Shown here: piece by piece, positions 1 to 14,815 of the stretch
Numbering within the stretch: the first letter of the stretch is position 1
How the letters are laid out: each line of letters opens with the position of its first letter
Source: Orbicella franksi
Taxonomy: Eukaryota
DNA length: 64,000 nt
NCBI GenBank assembly: GCA_964199315.1
Contig: OZ116698.1
Coordinates: forward strand, 42,222,001-42,286,000
Reading direction: 5' to 3'
Translations under genes and position numbers: made by a program
Notes under the pieces: model-generated
Told to the model about the DNA's origin: nothing
Databases searched by the model: none
What the model saw: only the letters and a program-made list of their open reading frames with translations

Positions 1-411
1 TCGAAAGTTTATTTCAAGAAATACTACATGTATTTCAGTCGTTCTTAAAACAAGTTTTTGGTCCAAAAATATTATGTTTGACAGCAGACAAGGTAAAACA
101 CTTTAGGTTTTGGCTAGAAGCCATATCAAGACATTGCGACTGAAATGGTTTCCTCCATAACAGGAAAATACAACACGATTTCAGCTCCTAAACTTCCTGC
201 CACAGAATTTCACCACAAGCAACCTATAACAAAGTCTAAGTACAATTTCACGCGTTAAGTGAGAAAAGTAGAAAGGATTAGTAAAAAGTTTGAGATTAGC
301 GAGAACACAACGCGATTTAAGCTTCTATTTAACGAATAAATTGCGAAGTTAGCGAATTCGATTCAACCACATTTCCAGTCCCCCATGTCATAAAAAGAGT
401 TTCTTTCCTAC

Positions 412-656
412 CTTTGCGCCATCGACGGATATGATGCGATGAGTTTCCTTGTTCGGATCATAATAAAAGGACACTGTTACAGCCTGTTTAGAGCAAGGAA
501 GCCAGCTCTTTTTGGTGCTTGGGTCGATTTGAAAGACGTGTGCTCTGGTCGAATACACCGGCTGTTCCCTGCCGAGGAATACATTAATTAGAAATCAAAA
601 ACTGCTCCTGTTTCAATTATGATTGCATTCTAAAACAAAACGACAGTTTACCCCAT
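412..656 (-). CDS. HOMER: Homer scaffold protein, N-terminal EVH1 exons (partial; gene continues beyond the left edge)
   Basis: Exon 656-652 (ATG GG, donor gtaaac) plus exon 568-412 (acceptor ggcag, donor gtagga) translate to [54 protein letters not shown], the recognisable Homer EVH1 start with the conserved MG/EQP intron. Confidence 0.94.
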
Positions 657-2160
657 CGATAAATATGCTATTTTTACGCTAGAAATATCCGTTCCAAGAC
701 CGGGTTTACTCAAGGATATTTCATCTTTTGTGTCAACTCTTCGCACTTTGCTCATAACCGTGTCTAGGTAACCACGCCAGGCTTGGATATCCACAATTTC
801 ATGTTGATTACGTCGTTTTGTCCAACATATTATTGGTCGAGTATTTAACAACATTTAGCATAGAAAAACCTAAAAATGACAAAGATATCATGAAAAAGAA
901 AATATATCTATGATATGCATAATCAGCAGGTTTTATTTCGTTTGCTAGGACATTCCAAACACCAAATTTAATGCATTGGCACCAAATATTCTTGAGATTG
1001 TCGCGACAACCAGCTTATTTCAGGTTATTTACTTTTGCCGAATGTCGCCTTTGAATGTTAAAGGAAATACTGCGCTTTAAAGACTTTAGGATAGTAAACC
1101 CAGAGGAAGTTGTTATAAATTATAATTCATTTCAGACACTCTCTGGCCAAATTCCACGATTAATGACCAGTTTTAATTTCATACAGTTCAATTTGTCCAA
1201 AAAATACAGAAACAAAGCCTTCTCCACTTACTTTTACCAAGAGGGACGAGTTTTCTTTTCAAATTTAAAGATTTTTAAGGGGACGCATATCGTAAGATAA
1301 GGGCTTTTGACAAAAAAATATCATGGTAAAACCCGAGCTGTCGAACTTCCCTGAGAAATATTATACACGGAAAGAGGAAGCAGTGCTAATACCATCTAGG
1401 AATAAACCTAGTCCGAGCACAAAAAGGAAATAACACATTATCAAGGCAAATAAGTTAATACGTCTTCTCCTCTTGAGACTTCTGTTGGTCACCTCTAGAG
1501 ACTATCAGAAGCTTATATCAATAAATTAAGCTTTTATATATTCATACATTTTATTTTCATAATGGGTTGACTAGCACGTATGGTTCGTCAGTTCCCTTCT
1601 AGTCTACCTCACTGCCTTCTTATGTACTAAGATTTTTTTTTATTAATGTGGTTATTACAATTATTATTAATAATATTATTATTTTGTAATATCGTTTAGG
1701 ATTTTTTTCTTTGTTATATAATCGCAGTGAAAATTGAATAAATCAATAAAGGCGACAGAAATTTCTACAGGATACAAGAAATTACAGCAAACACCCAAAA
1801 TTGCTTTGCTCGTCTAGCAATTGTTTTGGCTGCACTACATTTTAGTTTCAAAAGTTTTCATTTCAGTTCACTGTGAGCTTCATGGCTGCGTCCGAAATAA
1901 CTGAAACGAAAGTCAGCTTTAAGTCCATAAAACAATGCCCTTGTGTTTCTTACATAGGTGCTCATATCATTCACACAGTATCTCACACCTACGTATGAAA
2001 GCATTCAAAAAAAAAAAAAACGCTTCCAAAATAAGACTGAATGCTAAATGTAGTTGGAGTGTCGTGCTCGATGGTTCTTGATAAAGATAAAATTTAAATA
2101 TAGCGCTAATTCAGCCCGACAATGTGGTGCACTGTGTAGTATATATCTGCTAATATCTGC

Positions 2161-2545
2161 TTTTAGTATAAATCTACTAGCGTTCTATCACAAACGTCGT
2201 TCTCTGATTAGCTACGCTACTCAGTGAGTAGCCAAGTAGTATGCGCTTGTTAACAAAATGACGGCCGCTTCTTTGTGTTTTCGAGGTGTCTGTGAAGAGG
2301 ATTTAGATAAAGTTTTGAACGAATAGTAGATTTATACTAAAACATTTAGATTATTCGCTCTCGAGCTCATAATCTAATTATTAGATTAGAAAATAGCCCA
2401 AAGAAAATACGCTCGCGGATTGGTTTAAAATCGTGCTTCCATCTGACAATTAGATTATGAGCGCGAGATTTCTATGAGGTGATAGCTCGGCCGAATCAAC
2501 TACCACCTCATAGAAATTGAGAGCGAATAATCGAATCTTTTTAGT
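2161..2545. mobile_element. Composite palindromic non-autonomous repeat (MITE-like)
   Basis: Perfect 19-bp inverted repeat at 2161-2179 and 2324-2342, and a 14-bp inverted repeat at 2349-2362 and 2519-2532. The internal segment aaatagccc...gattggtttaaaatc recurs near 59910. Confidence 0.6.
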
Positions 2546-3212
2546 AGAATTCTAACTGAAATTTGCTTCGAATATCGATTCCAATTATTTCTGGTCTTGC
2601 AGCATTTGCATTACTGTTCGAGTAGAATTCTACTAAAAATGGATAGAAACACAGTACATGTTTTCTATTTCTTAATAATAAGTTAAGCTATAGTTAGAAA
2701 ATACTGTTCTTATGCCGGACTGGCTATTGATAATTCATGGTGAATTAAAGGGAGTGTATTATATAAGTACTGCTGGTATACAATCGATAGGTTTTTCAAA
2801 AGTTTTATATATCAGCTATGTTGGTAAAATGAATACTAGGTCGACTAAAATAGAGGTAAATGTAATTAGATAGAACAGTGGTTAAAAGTTTCCCAGGGTG
2901 ATCTTTTGCCGTCTAAATAAGAAGCTGGCTTTTGTAAATCAGCTAAGCTCCTAGCCGGTGAAGCGGAACAACATGGAGACGTGTTGAAAGATATGTAGAA
3001 TGAGTAGTAGTCTTGAAACAAATGGTCGAGTTAGTCAGCGAAAGTGGCGTTCTAGATCTAGCATGTATATTTAATTGCTACCAAAGGAACTACAAGAACA
3101 AACAAAAAACCGGTAGCAAAAACGCAACTCATTAAAACTCTTCTTAAAATACCACAAGTTTAGTAAGTGGTTCTAACTTAACTAGACATTACCCTCAACT
3201 GTCAACACTTAC

Positions 3213-3346
3213 TCTGTCTTTCGAGCATCACTTTGGCCCTCCATGTCTACCCCATTCACATCAATAAATCCGCTAGGTGGATCAAACACAACATCCAACG
3301 GTTCTTTATGCGAAATACTCAAGCGGGAACGGACTTGTTTGAACAT
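3213..3346 (-). CDS. Candidate alternative N-terminal coding exon of Homer
   Basis: ATG at 3346 opens MFKQVRSRLSISHKEPLDVVFDPPSGFIDVNGVDMEGQSDARKT (44 codons + 2 nt). It ends at a perfect GTAAGT donor in phase 2, matching the acceptor at 568. Confidence 0.5.
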
Positions 3347-5375
3347 TATGACGTTCCAGCCGGTTTCTTTGTAAAGCTTGGATCATTGACGGCGATAAAA
3401 GCAAACAGTCTTTTTGTTGATGTGTCCGTAAACAGAGCTAATTGTCAATCACTTTCTAATATCAGTGAAATGATACTCTAGTGATTTGGAAGCTATCACA
3501 AGTTTCGAAGACTTTTTATGAAGTTTTCAAGCATGAAGTATAAAAGTCATCCGTTTGTACTCCTGTACTGCAGGAAAACACTCAAACGTGCCTTAAAACA
3601 GTAAATATCACGACAAAGTCATTGAACCAATGGAATTCCTTTGTTATAGGAATAAAAGAAATTTCGCAATTTACACCTTCAATTACCATATCACAAAAAT
3701 TATTGTAAGCAAATACTTCAAGACCGGAAAAAGCTTACTGTTTAAAGGTTGTGGATCGCAAGCGCTATAGTCAAGAACTTCACGTGTGATAAAATATAAC
3801 CGTCACTTTTGCTTTTCCAGAGTGTTACGGCAATGCAAGTCGTGTTTATTTTTGTCTCAAATGAGATTATATAGAGAATGACATAAGAGGTTTCCAGAGA
3901 GACCAACCGCTGAAACAAAGATTCGCAGAAACGTGCTCTTGATGTTCCTTTTCACTGGTTTACTTATTAAAGTGAAACAACTTTTGACAGCTTTTGACAT
4001 CTTTCAGTTGGGTTCCAAACTTCTCCGCCAATCACAGGCTTCAAAATCGCACGTGCAACATTCATCTACAGGCGGTTTTTCGCCAAGTGTGTAAAAAGGA
4101 AAACATCACAACAAGATTTTCACCGTACGTTGATGTTAGTGACATGTCAAAACTAGGTAAAAAAAGAAGAAAACTTAACAGACTGTCTGCAATGTTTCTC
4201 CAAAAATGATTTACCACAGTTTTTGTTTGTAGAAAGCTCGTGACTCTGTCCTGACCAGAGGAAAAGCTCGAAGACGTTTACAGGTAGGCGTAGAAGGATT
4301 CTTTATTTTATAAGACAAAAGTATTGTGAACCATACTTGACCTGTAAAATGGAACTTCTGTGGTGAATTTTTTCAGTAAAAGCAGTGAAATCTGCTGGGG
4401 TTTAAACAGCTATAGTCAAACAGCTGAACACACCAAAAAAGCGTTTTTGGTGGCTGCGGGTTCAAGTTACAGCCTATAGCATGGTCAATAGTTACCAGTG
4501 AAGAGTTATTTTCTTTTTTTTATGCATTCAATAAGATAGATTAAGGCGCACCGATTCAGAATATCCTGGAGAACATGTCTAAATAGGCCATTTTTTGCCA
4601 CACCTAAACAATCCTGTAAATTAGGAGCAAAGTAGGATTAAAAAACCACAACACTCTTTAGACCACTTGACCCGGGTGTTGTTTCTAGTGGTTGGATAAT
4701 CAGATCACGTCCGTTAGATCCCCGGGGTCTCTTCTTCTTATAAATTCATTTCGTGTCACGTACAGTCATCGAAGCAAAATCAAAGTGGTTGAACTAGTTC
4801 GTTGGTTTTTCAGCGCTTTCAGTATTTAGAAGGGTCCTGTTTACACCAATACCCTTTCACAGCGAGTACAATTTTATATTTCGTTTTCATCATTTGAAAC
4901 GCATTAAGCTATCAGGATCAAACACCTCTCGAGGACTGACAGATCAAACGACAATTCAAACTATGGTTTGATAGTTAAGTCTTGTAAAATGTTATCGACA
5001 TCTACCGAGTGTGTTTTCATCAAATTCACAGCGGCTCAGAGTTGGCCAGAAAGTTGAGGAGAGTTGAGTCTTGTTTCGAGTGATAATGTATGATACCCAC
5101 TTTTGTCTCTCAACTCTTTCCATAGTATACAGAGAAACTAAACACAAGAAGACTCTTGTCCAAACATTCGTCCATTCCTGTTTTACCGATTTATTTCGGC
5201 TTTTTAGATATATCTGCCGTGCAAATATAATACATCAGTAGTCCATTAAACCGAACCAAACCAAAGAAAACGAGAACACCAAAAATTAAACTTGACTGGA
5301 AAAAAGAGTAACTGGGTTAAGAGAGACGGAGATGACAGAGCTGGAACACTACTTTAGCAAGAGAAATGGACTCAC

Positions 5376-5398
5376 CTCGATCTTATAAACAGACCCAT
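5376..5398 (-). CDS. Candidate distal first coding exon of Homer (MGLFIRS-R)
   Basis: gcaaacATGGGTCTGTTTATAAGATCGAG is followed by a GTGAGT donor in phase 2. It lies at the end of a CpG-richer first-exon-like segment (about 5376-5600). Confidence 0.5.
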
Positions 5399-6333
5399 GT
5401 TTGCTACGGACTCGCATGTGTGGCCAGTTCAACTTTTAAACAACACGTGACTCGTCTTCTCGTTTCAGTTCCTCCGGCAAAATCACCTGAGCCGGACAAA
5501 CCTCGGACAAACCCACTAAGCAGATGCGAGGGTTGGCTCATTCTCCAGCCGTGAGTGTTTCGGTGCGCCCGCGATGGAGAGGATCCACCGCTGAGATCAG
5601 TAAGATCCGTGTAATTAAGAAATAAACTTAGGAGTAATCATAGATTAGGGAGTGTGTTCGATTAGTGACCACAGTGCGGTTGTTACCCCAAGGAAAGACA
5701 TGAAACGCTGGTCAATGAATTGTGCAACATCTTGTTTTCAGGCACAAAAACCCTATTTTCTCGATAAAGCACACCCAGTGTAAATTTATTTCAACCTGGC
5801 GGATCCGGCGCTTTTTTGTCGATTTTTGACTCGTGAGGTTTACATTCAAGGCTTTAATCATGGGTGTTTTTCGTTATATTTAATTTTGATAGCTATATTA
5901 ATATATTCAACTCGCGGGAACTCGAAGGAAAGAGAGGAGAAAGACGTGAGGCTCCTTTTTTTCTTGTCATTTGTCTTGTCCGGCTGACAATAATTTCTAG
6001 CTCTTTCCATCACTTCTACTCGGATTAATCAATAATACCACTCTTTGTCATGTGATCCTACAATAACGGTCCGCAAATGGCCAATCATTGCTTAATAGCT
6101 ACGCTACAACCTGTTAAAACACCCTTAATTTTAGCTTTAAGTGACGTGTTGTGATAATCATGATAAGATGCAAATTTTTTCGAAAATTCAAGATGGCTTT
6201 TTTCACTAGTCTGACATCAGTCCTAGCTTTTGGACATCAATCGATTTCTTTTTTTTAAAGCATGGTACTGGCCATGCGGTTGAATGTTTAAATGTTTAGG
6301 CTGGCGTTGTCCAGCCACATTTATTCTTTTGCT

Positions 6334-6640
6334 TTTCGAGACACCAATCTTGACACTTTGTCTCCTTGCACCCCGAAACACGTGATGTGGCAACGCGTGT
6401 TTCGGGGCGCAAGTGAGTTCAAAGTACGGAACTTAGTAATATAGTGAACGGGTCATTTTGCAATTTATGTGCGTTGGCTGTTGGGCTGGCGTTACATATC
6501 TTCGCTACACAGTGCTGATGAGCCCCAAGAAGGGCGATACAGCTGTCCATTGTTGCGATCCTACTTTATCGGTTCTTGTCATGTTGGTGTCTCGAAACGT
6601 TTTCCACGTAGTATCAGCCTTGCAGTCTATTGTTTGTCTT
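6334..6640 (+). mobile_element. Probable Penelope-like element terminal-repeat fragment carrying a hammerhead
   Basis: It contains a minimal type I hammerhead, a class known from Penelope-like retroelements, inside a 14-bp inverted repeat. No RT or endonuclease ORF is nearby. Confidence 0.45.
6509..6553 (+). ncRNA. Minimal type I hammerhead ribozyme (core variant GAUA instead of GAAA)
   Basis: Stem I acagtg/cattgt; CTGATGA at 6515-6521; stem II gccc-caagaa-gggc; GATA at 6536-6539; palindromic mini stem III AC-agct-GT; GTC cleavage triplet ending at 6547. Confidence 0.75.
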
Positions 6641-7093
6641 TAATTTACTTCACTCCATATATTTCTCACGAAATGGGAGGACTGCTTATGTAAAACGGAA
6701 GTACAAATCGCTTTCAGGGGGGAACACCCATGTGAAATGGTTGGGGATATTTGTCGCAAGATTTAAATTAAACCTCAAAAGGAGGCGTGGCTCCAGCTTT
6801 AATTGAGCCACCCCCGAAAAGATACTAGTTTTAAACGGGCATGACAGCGTTTTTTGATTATTTCATCGAGTGAAGAATACCTTGACAGCTAAAAATAGTG
6901 GCGTTTCGTCTTGGACACTCTGAGTGAGACCAAAATCAGTGATTTACACTCCTGAGCGAGGCGACGAACATCCCCGAAATTTTTTAAATGCAAGTCTTCC
7001 CCTGGAATCGCTTTGAAAATCTTCAAAATTTATCCTTTGACAATCGACCGATTTTGATGTATTAAAATTCAGCCATAGACCTCAATATGGACT

Positions 7094-7179
7094 ATAATAG
7101 ACCTCAGCACGAGGCTCTGGGGAATAAACTCTACAAACGCTGTAGTTATTCCCCAGAGCCTCGTACTGGGGTCTATTAT
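7094..7179. repeat. Near-perfect 34-bp inverted repeat (hairpin or tiny MITE)
   Basis: Arms 7094-7127 and 7146-7179 are complementary at 32 of 34 positions, with an 18-nt loop. Confidence 0.85.
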
Positions 7180-7780
7180 GTTAGGCTCATTTTGATATAT
7201 CGAAATTGGTCTATTGAATTGAATGATTTACTTATTTGTTGTTGTAGATTGTTCGGGCATTTTCACCGCTTACTCTGTAAAGTAAATACGAACCAAAAAG
7301 ACTCGGCAACCTTTTGTTTCCAAGCGTAGCATGGACACGTTTGAATTGTAGATTTCAGAAGTAAGTGTACACAAACTGTACCTTATTTGATCAGCTTCGA
7401 GTTTTTGCCAGTTTTCGTTGTCTAGTGCGGTTAAAAAGTACTTGAAGCAAGTTCGAAAATCACGCAGTTCATTCATTTCTTTATATGAAATAGTTCTCGA
7501 CAATAAAATATAACAATCCTCATTTTCTTCTTGAGAAATAAGGGGCGCCTTAGCAATCTAGTGAAGCTCTAAAAAAATGCGATTTCAAATCAAGCAAAAG
7601 AGGGTCGGGTGGGAGGAGGGGTCGGTCACCGCTTTGACCACTTACCCATGGGCCAGTTCGATCGGTGTCTATTGTAAACCGGCCAACACGGCCATCTTGG
7701 TAAAATAGCAGGGAAATTTATGGTTGTTTTGTCGCTGCTGTTCTTCATCCTTTCTTAGTCAGTTCTTCTCTTGTCTTACG

Positions 7781-10231
<2,451 letters not shown>

Positions 10232-13200
10232 AGGGCCAGTGTTACATTAGGTAGGAATTAGCCAGTTAATTATCACTATACACAGGCAATGACGTCAATG
10301 ACATATCAAGTATGTGTAAATGCACAACCTGTTTGAACTTGCGGTTAGGATAAGCACTCACTGTTACAAAATGATATTGGTTAAAGCTAGGTACATGTAG
10401 TATCACTTTTGTATAATTATTAGAAGCCGAGAATATATAACCTTCTCTTAGCGTATTGTATTGAAGACCCCAGACGCACAAAGAAATTAAGTTTTCATAT
10501 GAAAACAGAGATTTTTTTTTCTGAAAATTGACTTAAGAGGAAGATTATTCCAGCTGTGGGATTTTTTTGTGAAATCATGGCAACACTGACGGTGATGATG
10601 AGAGGCTGTCATTTGAATAAAGTCTGATGTCAAGGTTTGGTTATTCTTCCATGGTCTTTTTTTAAATCTTCATTTCTTGCTATAAGAGGACATTAAATCT
10701 CTGCTTTCAAAAATGCGCTGTTTGGAAAACAATTTGAGTGAACACAATTATTGTTTTTCTTAGGTTTTTGCCACTTTCATGACTGGACAGAGTGCCAAAA
10801 ACTTGTGAGATCTCTGTTTTATGTGAAAGCATCATATGGTATTGGCTGGGCTAGGCTTACCTTTTGGCAGGTTCTTTTAGGATCACTTATCCATCCTGTC
10901 TTTGCAATCTGCCATACAGGGCTCAATGTATTGTTACGTGTTTTTTCACTCACAATTAGATCTTACATCAACTTAATAGGAATGGCAATTTAATTGCAAC
11001 ATTTTGTTTAACCCAGGCAAATGTTTCCTACTATAGCACAGATCAAATTAGCCACAGGAACTTGTGCACATTTGCTGCACTGATAGTCGTACTAGTCTAA
11101 TCAATACAGCGATAGACAGATCTAATGTTGAATCAATGGCCACTGGGCGAGTTACTTTGTCAGTTTACCATCCTGTTGTCATACTACACTCATCAATATA
11201 GGACATACAGTTGGTACATATTTTTTGCACAATCCACTGTCTTCTTAGCACAAAAAGCCTATTAGGGCAATATATATTTTTCTAGCTTTGGTTAGTGGTT
11301 GTTTGTCTCACAGTGTTGATGAGCGATTTACTTATTGTTTACAAATGGTGTTAGGATGTGAGTTACTGGTACCCTCATTCCTTCAATTTTAAGTCCAAAA
11401 GTGAAAGCCCTGAAAGCCTTGACAGCCTGTCAAATGGTGCTTGAATGTCCTTGAAACTCCTATCGGTCTCACTCAAACTGTTAAAGATCTCATTTGTAAT
11501 ATATCTCTGGTATTTCTGGTGAAAAGTGTAATAATAAGAATGACTCAAAAATTTTGTGTAGAAGTACAGATTTTTAAAGTAATGTGGCTTGTGAAAACTA
11601 AATGTAGGTTCTTTATTTTTTGGTCTGACAAAAAGGAATATCATGGCCTGAGTTGTTGACATGCGAGGATTGTTAAAAATAAGAATAACTGTAATATGTA
11701 CCGGTTTCCAGTAGCTAGCAAGAAAGTGGGTGGTCAAGGAGACCAACAGGAATGCTGGATGATTATTTGAGTTAGAGGTTAAAGTTAGTTATGCGGTCAT
11801 GTTTATTTAAGTGCAATTCAGAATTGTATAAACCTCAAAAGTAAATGTTCTATGGATTGGTTTAATGGTACTTAAGAAGTTAAAGGGGCACTGAAGAGAA
11901 TGTTTGTTGTCATAAATGTAAAGAACATTCTCTCTAAACCTGAAAAGCTTATTACAGACAGAGTATGGGGACGATATCTGCAATTATCCGGGTTTAGAGA
12001 TTGATGTAATTTCTCATACTTTGCTCATTCTAAGTGGAAGGAGCAGATGCAAAATAAGAAAGGTGGTTCTCTTAAAATACAAGCTTTTAAAATCGTAATT
12101 TCAGGCAATTTACTTTTGTGACCTTGTGACTTGATATACACTTGTAATTGCAATAACTGACGACCTGGAAGCTAAGATAGGAGTAGAAACATAGATTTTA
12201 TCATTTTTTCCACTGTTAATGAAAATACCTGTGCTGTATTTCCTCAATTAAGTACTCGCATAGAATCATGCAATTTCGAATATAAACACATTACTCTTTT
12301 TAGAAAAGATGTCAAAATGATTGTATAAAGAGAAAAGAGAATGACTCCCAATTTTCTTGCCAAAAATAGTTGCTGTTTTAAAGATAAAGCTGACTCAATA
12401 AAGCTGATTGATAACAGAACTTGGCATTTGGAAATAAGCATCCAAAGTGGGGCTTAATCAAGGAAATACATCATGCTCCATAAATTGTAATTTTACTTGT
12501 TTTTGATCTGTGATCAGAAACAATTCTGCAAGTTAGCTGTTGTCAGTAGTTGCAAATAGCATTCCATTGTGTCAGAATTGAAGCCAGTTTTGTACAGTAA
12601 CTGTCAGCAGTAATACTGTTAAGGTAAGGGTATTTTACAGTGGTAATGTAGACTCAATAAAAGATTTCATGTTGTATATTCATTCAAAAAGCACAAAATT
12701 CAACAATACTAAAAATGCAGGTACATGGTAATACACAAAGCTGAGAGATCAGGCTCTTTTGGTAGAATAACGTGCGCATTACGAGGTTCAAAACAAGGTT
12801 CAGACCTCCACAGAGGGTTACTGGAAATTCTGACTGGGAGGGGTGGGGATGGAGTGTTAAGGCATTGAACCCACAGTGGATACTTTCTGGAGCAGCACAT
12901 TCTTGCCAAGTTTTGTCAAGATTCTTACACAGTCCTCAACACTGTTCAGTCGCCTTTTTGAATTTAACTTCTTTTGTGGATTGTGTTATTTCTGGGCGAA
13001 AAAGCAAGCTAAATTTTTTCATAACATCCGACGATTTTTTTCAAATAAACACCCACCGCTCACAGGGAAATGACTGGCACTATAGAGTACAAAATTTCGT
13101 CCAAGTTTTAAGAACCTTTATGACACAGTGTCTCTATGATGCCTGCCTCTTAAAAATATTTATATTTCCAAGGGTGTATCTTCGATCTTGGCCCAGCCCA

Positions 13201-13354
13201 CCTTGGTGGGGAAGAAGTAGGGGGAGGTAGAAGCTAGCATCCTCAGGATTCGTCACGTAATGAACCGTTCGTCATAGACCAGTTTAGGAATCGTAAAAAA
13301 AAAACCGTTTTTGCGATCGTACAACACCTGTTGCGTTTTGGAATCGACAAAAAA

Positions 13355-13460
13355 CAGTTTCAGGGCCGTAGTTTGGGATTGTAAAAACCGGTTTTGGGAT
13401 CGACAAAAACCGGTTTTTGGGATTGGCAAAAAGCGGTTTTCGGATCGCCATAATCCGGTT
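13355..13460. repeat. Degenerate ~22-bp tandem repeat with palindromic unit
   Basis: About 4-5 copies of gggatcgacaaaaaccggtttt variants. Confidence 0.6.
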
Positions 13461-13645
13461 TTCAGTGCTAAAGTTGGCTCATTTTCATCTTAATTTCTGC
13501 ATAATTAATGAGGCGAACTTCGTCTTCTATTTTTGCGAATTTCTCGAAAACTGTAAATTTTTAGAAAGTGACAAGGGTGCATTTGAAGATAGTTCCTTAA
13601 AAGTGCTCCTCAAGCAAAGTATAATTTTGGATTTTTTCGAACCTG

Positions 13646-13872
13646 GGGGCCCATTTCTCGAAGGTCCTGAAAAGGTTTTGCACCCGGAAAGTCAGCAAAA
13701 TCTCAAACCTTATGATTACAGAGCTGTTTTATTCAAGTATTCTTAATATGAAGAGAGGTTCTCTTCAAACAAAACGTTTCAGGAGTATACACTTCTCTGG
13801 TTTTAGATACAGATTAATTAAAATGGCTTCGCGGGCCTGGAAAGTTTCCGGGGCTTTCGAGAAACGGGCCCC
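13646..13872. mobile_element. MITE, PIF/Harbinger-like
   Basis: Terminal inverted repeats ggggcccatttctcgaa and ttcgagaaacgggcccc, with CTG at both flanks as a possible 3-bp TSD. Superfamily assignment is inference. Confidence 0.65.
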
Positions 13873-14815
13873 TGGGCAGCGATTCTCGATATTTCCAGGC
13901 AGTGACTCTTAAAAGAGCTCTCATAAATATAAGCCAAACAATAACAAAAAGAATATCCTACAAAAAAATTAAATAATTTTATTTACAACTTATCTTTGAC
14001 GCGATGCAAAATGTTTGAGTAGTTTGAATGCTTGTATCCAGTACAAATCATATACTGTTTATGTTCTAAGACATGTCATTGTTGCTGTTAATCATCAATA
14101 GTTTTTGCTTTCATTCACAAAATGTTTTAAAATTGTTCTTTAGATGTTCTAGAATGCTATAGTACCATTCTATAGTAAATAATTAGACGGACCTGCGTAT
14201 GAAAAGCCGACATAAGGATTGTGTTTCTTAGCACCTCTAAAATTTGATTATCCAATAATAAAGCGATTTTGTCTGTCTATCATAGCAGAGGCTTGGGCCT
14301 GCCAAGATTGTTCAGATATATAAGTGTACCAATTCCCGACATCATATAACTATCTTATATACAAATTTCGAGATTTCAACTAACGTGTTGCAAGAGTTTA
14401 GTTTTATCATTTACAAAGTTGCTAGCATGCACAAATTTACAAAACAATATAGTTACAAATGAAAACCGATGTGAATACGTCTGTCACTAAGTCATTCAAC
14501 CCTCCTAAATTGTTCTCATTTGAGGGTTTTCTATTGGCTGTCGTATCCTTTGTTGACTTCTGTGATTGGTTGAAAAGACCCATGTTACCATGTCTAGCCA
14601 ATAAAAAAAAAAAACAAAAAAACATGTCGTCTTCTCAGCCAATCAGGTGCCAAACCAAAACTGACGGTCACTTGGGCTCATGACTTTTCCCGCGCTTTGC
14701 ACCGGTTGCGTGTTTTCTCGCGCTTTACATTGCGAAGTCTGATTGACTCACTGCTGTATTGCGGTGTTGTGATTGGTCAGTTGTGATGATTATGGTTACT
14801 GCTTCAAGTGTAACG

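Noticed and set aside
4336-4345. Possible 5-nt Homer microexon (ttttacag-GTCAA-gtatgg on the minus strand)
   Set aside because: It would break the phase-2 frame, and such short matches are expected by chance.
13355-13460. CRISPR-like palindromic repeats (also the 17-bp units at 42589-42674)
   Set aside because: The units are directly tandem without unique spacers, the context is eukaryotic, and there are no cas genes.
12772-13912. Intergenic ORFs of 152, 109 and 66 aa
   Set aside because: They overlap MITE and tandem-repeat sequence, with no recognisable motif or splice context.
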